This document shows, one piece after another, positions 24,034 to 37,540 of a stretch of DNA of 64,000 bases. The stretch covers positions 23,678,950-23,742,949 of the forward strand of contig NC_134029.1 in NCBI RefSeq assembly GCF_964204645.1, written 5' to 3'. The DNA comes from Tubulanus polymorphus. Taxonomy: Eukaryota > Animalia > Nemertea. Numbering within the stretch: the first letter of the stretch is position 1; each line of letters starts with the position of its first letter. The notes under the pieces were generated by a model, which was given only the letters and a program-made list of their open reading frames with translations, ran no database searches and had not been told where the DNA came from. The position numbers and the translations under genes are program-made.

Positions 24034-27000
24034 TCGTAATAATTCAGATCATCGAACTCAATCCAACGTGCGGTATCTTAATCTATAAGTTTCACGCGGG
24101 AATTTTGATTCTAGGGTCCAGGCATGCGGTCGTCGTTTAATTCCGCAAAATGGTTTTGGTAACAGAACCGAGACCGGTCCTAAATCTAAGCCTGAACGTT
24201 GCTTGCGTCTTTTTGTAAAATCAATTGTACTGCAAATGAATAATTTCTACTGGAATTGGATTAAGATGTTATCATGGTCAGAAGTATATCATCACACTGT
24301 ATGTGTGTGTGTGTGTGTGACATATAAACCTCATGTTGAAATATCGTGATGGTTTTATGTTTGTACCAGATTCCAGCTTCCTGTTTCTTTTTTAGAACTA
24401 ACAAAAAAAATCCCTGAAACCAGGAAATGAATTTATGAGGTCACCATCTACGAATGGACTCTATCTATTGCCGTAGGGAGTGTAACGATATTTCCTTAAG
24501 AGTGAAACCTTTTAAAAATCAGAAGTGGTCACCGTTATGCGCTGTTAAAAATCTTGTGGATATCCGGCCTCGCTGTAAGTCACATCGCCAATTCGAGAAT
24601 AGCCAGCTTCTGCAAACGGAAATCTCGAATTAAAATAACATATCGACAAAAACATGATTTGTGGCTGAAGTAACCCTGAAAAAAAGAAATACGGAAATAG
24701 GAATTTTTCTATTATAACCTCGTTATAATTCTATACAGCTGTCGTTTTTCGCATATTAACTTGTAGTGATTGTATCTAGATTACTTTACACGACATTTAG
24801 TACTTTATAAACTCAGTTTATCAGATAAATTCTAATCAGTCGAGGTTTGGTGAAACGATATTCACAACTAATGGGATAAAAAGTCACGATCTCTCGAGCC
24901 GCTTTCAACTGTTCGCTATCAATTAACGTTAATTACGATTAATTAACATCGTGATCGATATTTAACCCAGGCTTTGGCCAGAAACCTACTTTTTAAAACA
25001 TTTTCTAAACGTGACGCAAGTTTTATATTCAAGATGTAGGTTATTACCTTGCGAATCAATCTAGTTCAATTACGTCGACGATTAGTTATTTTTTTCTTAA
25101 CGGCAATTAATTAACACATGACTCGGGTTCACAACGAACCAATTTTGGAGTTTAGTTTCTCCTATTGATTATGTATAGTGTGTACTTTATTCTCAAAGAT
25201 TTAACCGTGTAAACTTTGTTGCTTCTGTCACAAACAAACAATCAGTAAATTCATCGTGTATGTACTTTATGCTGCCTTGAAATGATGTGATATATTATTA
25301 AAACAGTATTCATCATCGTCGATCATCATTTTGTGATGCATCCAAAAAAAATTCATTTATATTCGTGTAAACTGTGTCTTTGAGATGTTATTTTCTACAC
25401 TAAACTGTCGAAACATTTGTTGTGCCATAATCATTATCAAAACGGTATTTGCATTGAATGTGTATTAATGTATTTGTTAGAAACTGAAGTCTTCCGATAC
25501 TTCTACAAAAAAAAAGAAAGTTGCACTATTTGCAACGAAAGGACATTTAACGACTTTTTTCCAAGAATGAGCCATTATAACAGTTTTAATCAAAATAGTT
25601 TTTTTTTTTTCAAATGATGGCTTTAAATCAAAAACTAGCGAAGTTTTCATTGATTACCTGTTATAGTATTAAGAATGAATACCGAAGATCATCCAAGTGT
25701 GGAAAATTTATATTACGTCAATTTTTGGGACCATTTGTAAACCATGTTTATGATCTGTGAAATGATGAATTCATCAAGGATTTAATTTGTTTGCGAAGGA
25801 AGTTTATGTGAATTATTATTTTTTTTTAAACAAACATATCATATCTGTCTGGAGAACTGTTCAGAGGGTAGAAACGTGTTGAAACCCATGTTGAAACCCA
25901 GTGAAGGTAGGAATTTGCCTGCAGGATATTTCTACTATTATGTAATTTCTCTAATTGAATTACATTAGTTTCTGTATTATTTATGACTATAGCACAGTTT
26001 GAAGGTGTCAGAATACGTTCATGTTTCACTAATTCTCTACGAAATGTAAATTGTTTATTACGTGAGTTGAGTAATAATATCGGAATTTCTGTTTAAACTC
26101 GACAAGTCTAAATACTTTGAGTTATTATATAATGTGTTGTATAGATGTTAGCCACAAAATGAATGTAATTTGTTGTTTTGAAAAGAATGTTTATCCACCA
26201 GAGGCAAGTAAGAGTCATACTTTTACAATTCAGTTGGTTAAAAGTAAAAAAATCACACCTGATGGGCGACATTCATGAAATGTTCTATTTTAAGTTCACA
26301 CTCATGGTTTGATTGTTCGCGCTGGTCACTGATTGTGTTGTGTGAGTGGTATTTGTGATAATTTAAAAAAAGGTGCTATTTTTATGGCTGGTTGTAAATG
26401 CAAAAACCTCTCAAAACCGGTAATAATACGTTTTCTAAATCTTGGAGGTTTTTGTGTTTGATATTTAAAAATAACCACCGTCACATATTTCATGGTATCT
26501 GTTAGTGATCCCACCGTCTCTTTCAAACAACTGAATTTAAAACTGATGGATCCATATTCTCAGTATACTGTGTCTATATCAGTATTCTACTCAAGAGTTG
26601 TTCTTTAGTTGAGTTGTTTCATCTTGTAGAAATACAGACCCGATTTCTCGTTTTTCTCGTGGATAAATGTTATTGCATTCCCTAAACACCCGACATATAG
26701 AAACTATGACTAATGTTAATTCTTGCCCGTGGGGGAGGTTCACATTTGAGCTGCACATTGTACGTATCAACTCGATAGACAGGGATATTCAATCACACGT
26801 ATCCGTGTCTCTGATTAAATATGATAAGTTATCTGTAACTTCCTGGTAGTTATCGTTTGTAATTGTACAGGTAAAAGCCTTGTATGGAGTTTTCATCGTT
26901 ACGTTGTGGTGTCACTTGCTCCCAAACCAAAACTCAGTCAAGTGCATTAAACTTCGAACAACAGTTTAATCCACTTATCAAACATTCGCAATGAAGTATT

Positions 27001-29510
27001 TCCGCGACTTCCTGACCTCGGTCTCGCTAAATATTTGGATTTTTATATGCGGCAAAGACTGAACAAATAATATCCTTCCTTTCTCGAATGAAAATATAAA
27101 AACAATGTACGCGTTGTATGCGTAAAGTCTCCAGTGAAAGCTTGATTTTCACAAAATTATCTATAACAGAAATGTTTACATTAACTTAAGCAGCTATTTT
27201 CAGTTGAATATAAAGGATGAAAGGATGGTGAAATAATGATTGCTGACATGATGTGTGCCTTTTATGCATATGGTGCAATCGATTCCATTTGAAATCATTC
27301 TCTTCCTCTTGTCAATACTCTTCTCTTATAATATACATTCAAGCATTTTCTATCATTGAATTTTTCATTAATCTTGATACTTCTCTTTAATCCGTTAATG
27401 TATTTACTATTTGACTACGTAATGTTATAATTCTGTGCTGTGAAAACAATAACTTATAACGAAGAGTGAAAATAAATTATTGAATGGAGAAATAGAAATT
27501 TGTTGTTATATCTGAGATTTGAGATCTGGAATCTGTTGTCAGTGATTGAAACAATGATTAATCTGCCAACAAGACCCAACTCCACACAGATGTTCATCAC
27601 ATCAATTTCAGATTGACCACACTTCACTTGTTTTCCAGACTAGTCCTCAACTGAGACATTTCTAATTATGAAAAAAATACGGTAAAAGTCCTTTAGAATG
27701 CCACTGTTGGGACCAATGAAAAACAGTGTTATAAAGAATGGTATTTTTCATTGAATTTGAGTTACAATGAGCAAGTTTTGTTCTCAATAAAATGGATGGT
27801 GTTATGACGGACTTTGTATGTCACATGAGATCCTAATTGTCTGATGAAACCGATCAGCTTATATATACATATAATGATAATATCAATCCCTCGAATTACA
27901 GCACTACTTTACAAACAAAAATGTGTTTTGTCAATGCAAGGATATTGTATAGATATTTTCCCTGGATATATTTTCATGTCTTATTGAAAAATGGGAATTG
28001 TATATAATGCATCTGTACAAACTTAAATCTATTGAAGATGTCCAATATTTATTTCCGATATATTTCTGTTGAAGAGCAATTGAAACGCTATATGGTTAGA
28101 ATTGATGGTACGTCATATTGTAGCTATTACATTTATACAGAGTGAGCATTGTATTTGAAATATCAAGAGCCATCATGAGCTATTAATAACGTGTGCTTAT
28201 AGATTTATTCATGGTTGCATATGGTGAAGAGTAAAGTATCATGTTAGATGACTTTCTGGAAGAATGTAATAAATTCCTACCTTTTCAAGTAACAAAAACG
28301 TTAGTATTTCTCTCAATTCCTTAGTGCCTTATTCACGTAGCAGGGGTTTGGGAAAATTGGAAGCTCTTGGGTCCACAAGAAAAGAATTCAGACAGTTTTA
28401 AAATAAAGCAGCCATTTCATAGGATAGCAGAGTCCCGGGTGTTTCGATAAAAGTAGAACTTTGTAGACTTTCTACAAACCCTGTCCTGGAAATTCTTTCC
28501 ATCTCTTGTGCTGTTAGTGAAAACTTGGCAGTCACTCATGAATCCTTTATTCAAATCCTTTACTAAAACAACAGTTTAGTTTACGGTAGGATTTATTTTA
28601 TTCATACTAATAGAATAAACAAATTGTCTTTAATCTCAATTTCTAAATGAAGTAACTCGACAGCCAGAGTACTCTTTAAAATGGGGCGAACAATGGGGTT
28701 TTTATTTTACAATCCGAACAGAAAATTACTTAAGTACACGAAGTAGAAAAATATGTGAAAGAAACCGAGTTATAAAATGTAGGAAATTGTGTAAATCACA
28801 CTGTGATGAAATTAAATGATACAGAATATTGATAGAAGTTTATACGACTATCAACAAGAATCATGTAGTTTAACTGCTGGTAGTTAAAAATGTTTGGATT
28901 GATGGAGCGAGAATTAGTGACATCTTCGAAAATATCAATTTGTCCATTTATACGACGCACAGCCAGCTGCGCGCGTTCAGTGATATCAAACCACACAAAA
29001 TACTTAAATAATATTCATTCGAGCACATTACGAGCCATCGATAAACTCAGACTCAAACGGCTGAAATTTATGACAAAAATAACGGAAGTAAAAGACAAAC
29101 ATTCATCGAAGATTAATGAGAAAATTAAACAAAGATTAAACTTGTAAAGTTGGTGTTGCTCAGTATTTTTTGAACGCAGTTCCACAGTTCAAATGGTTAG
29201 GATTTTGCTCTATTCTAGGAAAGTAACTAATTTGGACTCTCAAATTTACAAAATCAATGGAACTGGCTCTAAATCGATACCTTGTCTTTCGAAACTAATC
29301 AAAACCATACTGGCCTTTTATAATATATCAAACAAGCACGTACACAGAATGTGCTAATTACATTATTGGAATGTTTTTCTGGAGAATTCACTATATATTT
29401 TAAGGGGAGGAGAGTTTACAAACACAGGGATTACTATATATAAATATACAACATTGTTTCATATTTACACATATGAACTGAAGGAAGCAGTATTTATAAC
29501 GGATGATTCA

Positions 29511-31389
29511 TCAGTATAAACTTGTTTTCTTCATTATTCGTAGGAATTCTTGTTCGTTTATTTCACCATCGCCGTCTCGGTCAGCTTCATCTATCATTTC
29601 CTGAATAATAACAACACATCATTCATCGTACTGCGCTAAACATTTTTCAATTCAAGTGATTTAATCCCTCATTCATTTGAACAGCATCAACCCAAAGAAT
29701 TTGAGGACCAATTTTTTCTAAAGTGCGCTGATAAAATGTCCAGTTACATCAAAAAGTTTAACTCAAATTGATTGGTTACTTCATGTTTTCCATGGGGACA
29801 ACAACACGTCTTTTAGGCTTAAAATTTTTCATGAAAGTGAACTCTGGTGTTTGCAGTTCAATTACAATTGAAAATATCTCGGGTGAAGTTCAGAACACGA
29901 CCGTGTGAAGTGTGGAAGACATCACAAATTGCCAAATTGGTGATAAGATGAAATTGATGAATCTCCGAGGGCAGGATGGATGAGGTGGCAGGTTCTAAGC
30001 TGCAGATTGAAAAATTGTCAAAGAGTTTTGAGTTTTTACTATTTCTATAAGTCATTACTTCATGGTTGGATCTCTAACTCCAGCTAACTCTATTGACATA
30101 CAATCTACTTCTTATCTTTTTTTTTGGTCAAATAAAGCAATTGTATGATATCTGACCTGTAATTCCTCATCAGTAAGATTCTCTCCAAGTTCCTTAGCGA
30201 CACGTTTCAGATTACGAAACGATATTTTGCCGGTGTCGTCGTCGTCGAACAATCGAAACGCTTTTAGGATTTCTTCCTTCGAGTCTTTTTCGCTCATTTT
30301 TTGCGTCATCATCGAAATGAAATCGGTGAAATCAATCGAACCTGAAAATAACGAGAAAAGATAAGATAAAGATAATTCAACGCCCTGTCCGTCTCTTAAG
30401 ACCCACTTGGGTTACACTGTTACTAGCAGTTGGGACGTAAAACTTTACTAAACTAAGAATACAGTAAAACTCGTCTTAACTCGAACAAACAATTGCAACA
30501 GAATATGAACTTAATTCATTTGTCTGTAACTTGAATTAGGGAGTAGTCAACTGTCTGTATCCAACTCAGGGGCCAGTTCCATAAACAGAGCTTAGACTTA
30601 AGACCGGTCTAAGACAAACTTAGTTCTGTAGCCAATCTAACACATTCTTAAGGTTTTATGACCACTTTTTGTCTTAAGTCTTGACTATGGAACTGGCCCC
30701 AGAGATTTGATTAACTACCTGTGGCATCTTTGTCTATATTCGCGATCATTTTTCTGATCTCTTCTTTTTTCGGTTCGAAACCTAGCGCACGCATAGCGAC
30801 CTGTTAAAAATATAAACCATGCGATCATGATTGTTGATCACTCATCGCTAGATCTGAAGAATTGAAATAAATTGTAGTTTATCGCATACCTTTAATTCCT
30901 TAGTGTCGATTGTACCCGTTCCGCTAGAATCAAATAAATCAAAAGCTTCTCGCATTTCTTGTTTTTGTTCCTCGGTCAGCTCAGGTTTTGGACCGGTCTT
31001 CTTTCGCTGTCCACCTCCACCAACAGTTTTACGGACATTCGACTGAAAAATCAAACAATAGAAATGAACAACAATGCCCATCACACATTTTTAAAGCAGT
31101 CGCCGATGATGATGTTGATCGCTGGCTGTTGTTGTTGCCATTCGTTGGATTTTTTTATTCCATCAATTTTAACGATGTCTGTTGTGTGAAATTTGTGGAG
31201 CGAAACAATCGATTCATTGCAATTCAAATCAAGATGATAATATAAAATTCAAAATATGTTCAATAAATTTTCATTTGATTTAGCTTAAATTAAAACCAAG
31301 GATGGAGAAAATGCCTTTTTCACAGACCCCCAATTTCGTATTTGATTATTTTTGGGATATTTTTTCGTTGGCTGGTGGTGCCTTACCAT
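29511..31389 (-). CDS. CETN2: Centrin (CETN1/CETN2 type), 5 exons, first coding exon contributes only ATG
   Basis: ATG|GTAAGG at 31389; [84 protein letters not shown]|[29 protein letters not shown]. Confidence 0.95.
30569..30700. mobile_element. Harbinger-like MITE, same family as 13980-14120
   Basis: TIR GGGGCCAGTTCCATA / TATGGAACTGGCCCC, CAG context on both flanks. Confidence 0.8.
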
Positions 31390-31894
31390 GTTGAAATGAG
31401 GATAGGATACGTCGATACACGGATGAAAATCTTAGATATTTCGATTGAAGGATTTTGAAAAAGATGTTTCTATCAACAACGGCAACTTCCGGTAGCGCCA
31501 CAGGTTCTACTATTTACCGCATTAAACAGTTCTGTGTGAGATATTTAACAGAAATACTTTTGAGAAAGTATGAATCTATTTCTAAGTGAGATTTTGTCAT
31601 GAGATTCTATTTCTATTAAATATCTTGACTCAGACTCCAAAAGCTAAAATGAAATAAATCCAATCCAGATTTTATTGAAGAAATGTCCATTTCCGGAGTT
31701 TAGGTAAAACTCAATTTGACACGAACCCGGAAGCTGGTCAGTTTGGTTCAACAGTCAGTCACATGAAGAAAGAACCCACGAAGAAGTTAAACTTCACCTT
31801 TATTTTTTAAATCTCAGTTGATGTGAAGGGGATTAAGCTGTTTGTTTCTCTCACCACATTGAAAACGAATACTTTTGATTTTTGGTTGTAAAAT

Positions 31895-34800
31895 ATGGTT
31901 TTTCTGCGCGCTCCTGTTGAAAGGAGTTCCCTCATGAATCTGAACGTGTTTAGTATTCGCCGGTGGACGGTTTATATTGCCGCATTGTTAGTTATTGTAT
32001 TATGGCGTTCGTCGTCAGTAGAAGCTGGTACGGAGACCGTATCATCGGTGATCGCTGGCGGTAGAAATGAGCGTGCTGTTGCTGCTGCTGCCGGTCCTGT
32101 GAAGATTGATTCCACCGGTGGAGGAACAGGACGTGTGGTAAGTCGGACATATGTACGCCATGAAATGAAGTAGAAAATATCAAAAGTTTGATATTCAGAA
32201 TTTTAGGTTTTTTGGATAAAAATTCTTGTTTCTAATCTGTAACCTAGTGTGACGACCGGTGGATGCACTGGTTCTCCAGACTAACCATTGAACCATCTCT
32301 CAGTGGGTGGTTACTGTGTGGAACAGCCTCCCCGAGTCTATAGAGAGCCCCATCCGTGAACAGTTTCAAGTCTAGATTTGACATACATTGGAGGGATCTG
32401 GCTAGTGTCTACGTTCCAACCTGCCAGTAAGCTTTAGCTATATAAGTTTTTGCCACAAACATTTGGAGCCACGCATGCCGCGTAAAAATAATGAAGTTAC
32501 AAAATTCGGAATGATGAACAGACCTGTCAGGGCGAGGGCCTCAAACATCTAATCTTCAAGTTCAAGTTATTGAGTAAAGTTAATGGTTAGTCTGGAGAAC
32601 TAGTATAATATAATTTCAGTAGTACCTCGTGAATCCGGTCTCAGAAAGACGGTCTGCTCTTACTATAACTTTTATCATCTATTTTGCAGAAAGGTGAAAA
32701 ACTGATTGGAAAAGCGAAGTCGAAGGATGAAATCTCAGTTGGTTTTATTCACGCGTTCGCTGCGTCAATATCTGTGATAATAGTCTCTGAACTCGGTGAT
32801 AAGACTTTCTTCATTGCCGCTATAATGGCTATGAGACATTCTAGATTGACAGTATTTACTGGTGCTATTGGAGCACTAGTTACTATGACTATACTATCAG
32901 GTTAGTGTCAGTCATTGCTACCACTGATATTCATTCTCGAACCCTTACGAAAAGGGACCGTGATTTTATAAGTTATGGATGACTTTGATCCCTGAAACCT
33001 GACCCTTGTTCTTAAGTTACTGATAAGAAGTAGTAACGATCTGACCCAACAGTTCGCTGTTTTAATTAGAACCTTATGATAACTAATTGTAAATCCAAGT
33101 GTAAGTCCAAAAGTGGTCTTAAATCTTATGACAATCTTGAACTGTTAGATTGTCTATTGAATTAAGATGGTCTCAGACGGGTCCAAGTCATGCCCGGCAA
33201 CTGGCTCGATTGATATCTAGTAAATTTCTATGGCAATTTCCAAAATTTGTCATTCAGAACTGCCAAATATTACTGATTTTCAGTATTTGTTATTATTTTA
33301 TAAAGAGAAATACTGATTTGATTTGTTTGATGTATACAGAAATATGAACGATAATACTGAGGGTCTTACTATTGATCACCGATTAATTTGAACATTTTCT
33401 TTCAATTCATATTGCAATGAAATGTTGCTGAAAAAAAATTAACTTGTTACTAATAGCACTTTTCAGAGGTTGCCAGCTCTGGTCATTTACTTCTGACGAC
33501 TGAATGAATTAAGTATTTAGAACTGTATGTTGTGTTGTTTTGTTTTACAGCTTTACTCGGTTACGCAACTACTGTCATTCCGCGAGCATTTACCTACTAT
33601 GCGTCCACTGTATTATTCGCTCTTTTTGGATTGAAAATGTTGAAAGAAGGTACAGATAAATATTCTTAAAATTCCAACATTCAAAATCTGCCGGTAAGAA
33701 ATTGATAGACGTGATGTTTTTTCGTTACAGGTTACTATATGTCTCCGGATGAAGGGCAAGAGGAATATGAAGGCGTGCAAGCTGATTTAAGAAAGCGCGA
33801 AGATGAGGTAAGTTGATTATTTCTATTTTTTTGAAAAGCTTCTTTTCTTTCAGAATGATACCTTTTGAATATCAGTGAAGACTGGCAAATTATGATATGA
33901 GTATTTACTATTAGATGTTTTGCCTGTGGGTAAGACCGGATAGACTTATAGAATATAATACATCTAGGCCCTAGTTGATTTATGCAGAATTTACTTGACA
34001 CCAACAGCAGTCTAACACGTGCATTAGTTAGATTAGTTTAACAACAGTTTATCATTAGTTTTAACCAATATTAAAAGTACAAAGTTTTTACTAATATTAC
34101 TAATAAAAATTACATGCATTCTTCTATGCTCTAAATCACAGTAGTATTGAACATGTATTAAACTGAATTATTGAGGTATTTGGGCAATGTTAGTGAGAAT
34201 GAAAGTTGACCTTTGGTTAGGGTATATTGGTATAGGTCAGCCCAGTGTTTTTTTCTAGACCGACCAATTGATGTCTGGTATTGATATTTATGTTTTTAGA
34301 GAGCTGCAGATGAATTAGAAGTATGTATTTGTGTGTTGAATATAACTAACTGTTTTAGTGATATCACCATCATTCATCAGTCATCTGAAATTTGATCTTA
34401 AATAAATGTGTTAAAGAGAAGCCAAACTATTCTAATTCGAATTTTCTCGGGCGCGTCCTAGTATTGAGACTTCAAAATAAGCTCAATAATTTTTGTCCGG
34501 CCTTGTCGAACCAGCCTCCTCCAGGCGCGCATAAATTGAAATAGTTTTAAGAATATCTCAGTTGACTGGTCTGATGGATTTCACTATCAAAAACCTTAGA
34601 ACATAATTTTGTCTTTACGAATTCGCTTCTGACAAAAACACTTTACACGTAACCTATATAGATCATCTTTAAGAATTTGTGTTTTGAAAAAGCTCTCAAA
34701 CTTTGAAAAAACCTGGTTCTTCACCCGTGAAACTTTCACCATTCGAGGAATCGTTTGATGTAGATTCTGAAAATTAGAGTAGTTCTCTGACCTTCTAACG

Positions 34801-36195
34801 CTTTACTCTTACAATAAAAAACTGCATAGCTCTTATTTCATCACCTGCTGCACTAGACCTTATGATACATTTAACGTTGACGCTATTGTGCGTTTGAAAT
34901 TATATTTATTCAGTTGAAACTATGTTTGACATTTGCACACAAAAAACCTCTTTAAATTAGCAACCGCTCCATACAACTACTGTTCGTATTTTCGAAACTA
35001 ATTCGCGGTAACATTTGGCTTGAATTAATTATTTCAGAAGTGTAACTTGTAATGACTCGTATGTAAACTGAACTGACTGAATTGTTGATATTTTCAGCGT
35101 CAGAAAGAAGAGGTGACTCAAGACCCCGAATCTGGAATAATACGTGTTAAACGAATGAAAGTATTTGGTTTGATATCGCGGGTATTTGTGGAGGCTTTTA
35201 CGCTGACGTTCCTCGCCGAATGGGGAGACCGTTCACAAATCACTACCATTATCTTAGCTGCCAGAGAGGTATACGCATTTTAATGAAATCATTTCCCGTG
35301 CCCTTCACTTCACGCTCGTTCCGGGATTCACAAAAATGACCGTTATAACCATTGATGAAACACTATTCCGTGTTTTAACGATATAGTAGAGAATCCCGCA
35401 CTGATAAAATGAGAGATGAAGTCCGAAAAATGTTTCTATTAGGATTATTGACTATTAGGTTATAGTCGAAACGTCGAATGAATAAAAACACATCAGCTAT
35501 ATAGGAAACATTTTTCGGACTTCATCTTTCGTTTTATCAGTGTGGGATTCTCTACTGTGACTGTTATCTAGCGATTTTATCATTGTGACTTTTATCACAG
35601 TATCTCTGATAGATAAGCCACACACCCTTATTCAGGACTTGAAATTACATGTACGGGTATCAATGTGAATTACAAAATGAAACTTTTCGACTAGCTTCTT
35701 ATGAATGTTCATAAGTGATTGTCTTCTTAGTCCTGACACTGATTTCCTGGCTGTGCGGAGACATTTGCCACCCCACTTCATCAAATAAGCAAATGGCCTG
35801 GGATTCAATTTAGATTTCCTGCTGCTGCTGCTGCTACTGTTGTAGTCTATAATTCAGTGTAATGTTTTTCGTATTTTCTTTAGGATGTATTTGGTGTTAT
35901 ATTAGGAGGCTCGATTGGTCATGCTATATGTACTGGTTTAGCCGTTATAGGAGGACGTTTTATTGCTCAACGTATATCCGTTAGAACCGGTAAGTTCAAA
36001 TTTCAAATTTCAATTGTTTGTCTGTTGTCATTGTTAAGTTTTTTTTCATGTCCATTTAAAGTAGAATTAATTAGCTGTTTTATTATTTTTCATCAAAGTT
36101 AACAAGTTTCTATTCATTATTTTTCAGTAACTTTGATCGGTGGAGTGGTATTTCTACTATTCGCATTGTCGGCATTTTTCATCAATCCGTCCTAG
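31895..36195 (+). CDS. TMEM165: TMEM165/GDT1 (UPF0016) Golgi Ca2+/Mn2+ transporter, multi-exon
   Basis: Both UPF0016 motifs (SELGDKTFFIAAIMAMRH; FLAEWGDRSQITTIILAA), GHAICTGLAVIGGRFIAQRISVRTVTLIGG, N-terminal hydrophobic leader. Confidence 0.96.
32268..32603. mobile_element. MITE in TMEM165 intron 1
   Basis: 22-bp TIR CTRGTTCTCCAGACTAACCATT / AATGGTTAGTCTGGAGAACTAG; no TSD discerned. Confidence 0.7.
34300..34320 (+). CDS. TMEM165: Candidate 21-nt TMEM165 microexon (RAADELE)
   Basis: TTTTTAG|AGAGCTGCAGATGAATTAGAA|GTATGT, phase 0-0 between KREDE and RQKEEV. Confidence 0.6.
35385..35556. repeat. Fold-back element with ~50-bp arms and Penelope-like core
   Basis: AGTAGAGAATCCCGCACTGATAAAATGAGAGATGAAGTCCGAAAAATGTTTC is nearly the reverse complement of 35505-35556; spacer holds GACTA...TAGTCGAAACGTC...AATAAA. 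Confidence 0.75.
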
Positions 36196-36715
36196 CGATA
36201 TCTGTAGCACGCTGGAAATTCTAGATTTGACAATTTGTTTGTTACCGAAGCGTCATCCGTTTTAAAAGTTCTAATTGTCTAAATGCATTCGACTTAACCA
36301 TCCGCGAAAAAAATACCTCTGTTCCCTTTACGAGTACGCTGTGGATATATTTGTACCTGCGTGTACATTTTTGAGGACCTCCATTATTTCTGTCAAGTTT
36401 TGTAAGAAGAGAATATAGAATTGATTGGTATTTTACCGGGAGTGAGGGCAGCAGATGTCGATGTGAAATTCGAATAAACCAGTTAGATGCACTAGTATGT
36501 ACTTACTGTCACATCTGTTGTGGTATCGGGTGGAACATGTTTGCAGTATTGAAGTTAGTTCTGATGCGTATAAAAGCCACTGATTGCGTTAATGTGTAAC
36601 GAACTGTAAATGAATGAAATCAGATTTTTAGACTGAATCGAACAAATCCATTCATTTGTGTACCAGTGCTTGATGTGTTTTTGGCCAAAGTCGGATATAA
36701 ATCTAAAATCGTATT

Positions 36716-36850
36716 CAGGGCCCAGTTTCACGAAAGAGTTAATCTCAAATTTTTGGTGTAATTGCCATTGGTTACTTCATGTTTTCAATGAGGACAACAA
36801 TTCAAACTTAACCGTTTTAGGCTTAAACTTTTTCGTGAAACTGGGCCCTG
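36716..36850. mobile_element. Harbinger-like MITE (GGGCCCAGTTTCACGAAA family)
   Basis: TIR CAGGGCCCAGTTTCACGAAA / TTTCGTGAAACTGGGCCCTG; partial copies at ~56470-56565, ~29740-29845, ~45600-45740. Confidence 0.85.
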
Positions 36851-36988
36851 TACGTGTATTTATGGTTTAAGGTTAGGTGAAACTATTCCACACCTTTTAG
36901 ACTTAAATCTGACTTTTCGCCATGTTTTTGTTTGTGTTCGGTGTATTTTGCCTATTTTTCTTGAGATTCAGTTTCACAGTTCTCTGAG

Positions 36989-37540
36989 CAGGGATGAGAA
37001 AGATGCATGTGAAAAATGTATGAGAACGTGAAAACTTTTGATAATCCTAGTTTTCTTAATAGGCTGTATTTTGTTCTTCTATCTCTTGGAGCTGCTTTGA
37101 CCCTAGATATACGTATCATAGTAGGCTATATGTACATGTTTGTGAAATATTGGACTTTACTGGTCCATCACATTTTCATAGTCTCATCATCATCATCATC
37201 AGACGGCTGCGGAGTAGGCGACTGCAAGCTTCGACCAACCCTTTCTGTCCGCGATGCTCCGTGGGGACTGGTGGTTGTTGTTATCTCCTAACAGTCTAGT
37301 CTAGCGTCAGTCTTTGATTTTTTTACCAGTCAAATGGTTACATTGTCTCAATTCTTGCATGAAACCTTATCGACAATGAAGAAATCTGGTTAGGTAACTT
37401 GTCCCTGTTGGAGATTTGGTGTGAAAAATATTTTTGGTATTTAGAATATGGAAAACCCTGTTTTTTTGGTGTGAAGAAATGTGAAAAAAATGGGAATGTA
37501 AGAAAATGTATAAATTTCAGAATATTGCATCTCATCCCTG
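36989..37540. mobile_element. hAT-like non-autonomous element with 6-bp TSD
   Basis: TIR CAGGGATGAGA / TCTCATCCCTG flanked by TCTGAG (36983-36988, 37541-37546). Confidence 0.75.
37184..37300 (-). mobile_element. 5'-truncated RTE-clade LINE 3' end
   Basis: Minus strand encodes ...IADRKGWSKLAVAYSAAV* followed directly by a (TGA)n tail, like RTE ORF C-termini (AxDRxxWxxL). Confidence 0.65.
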
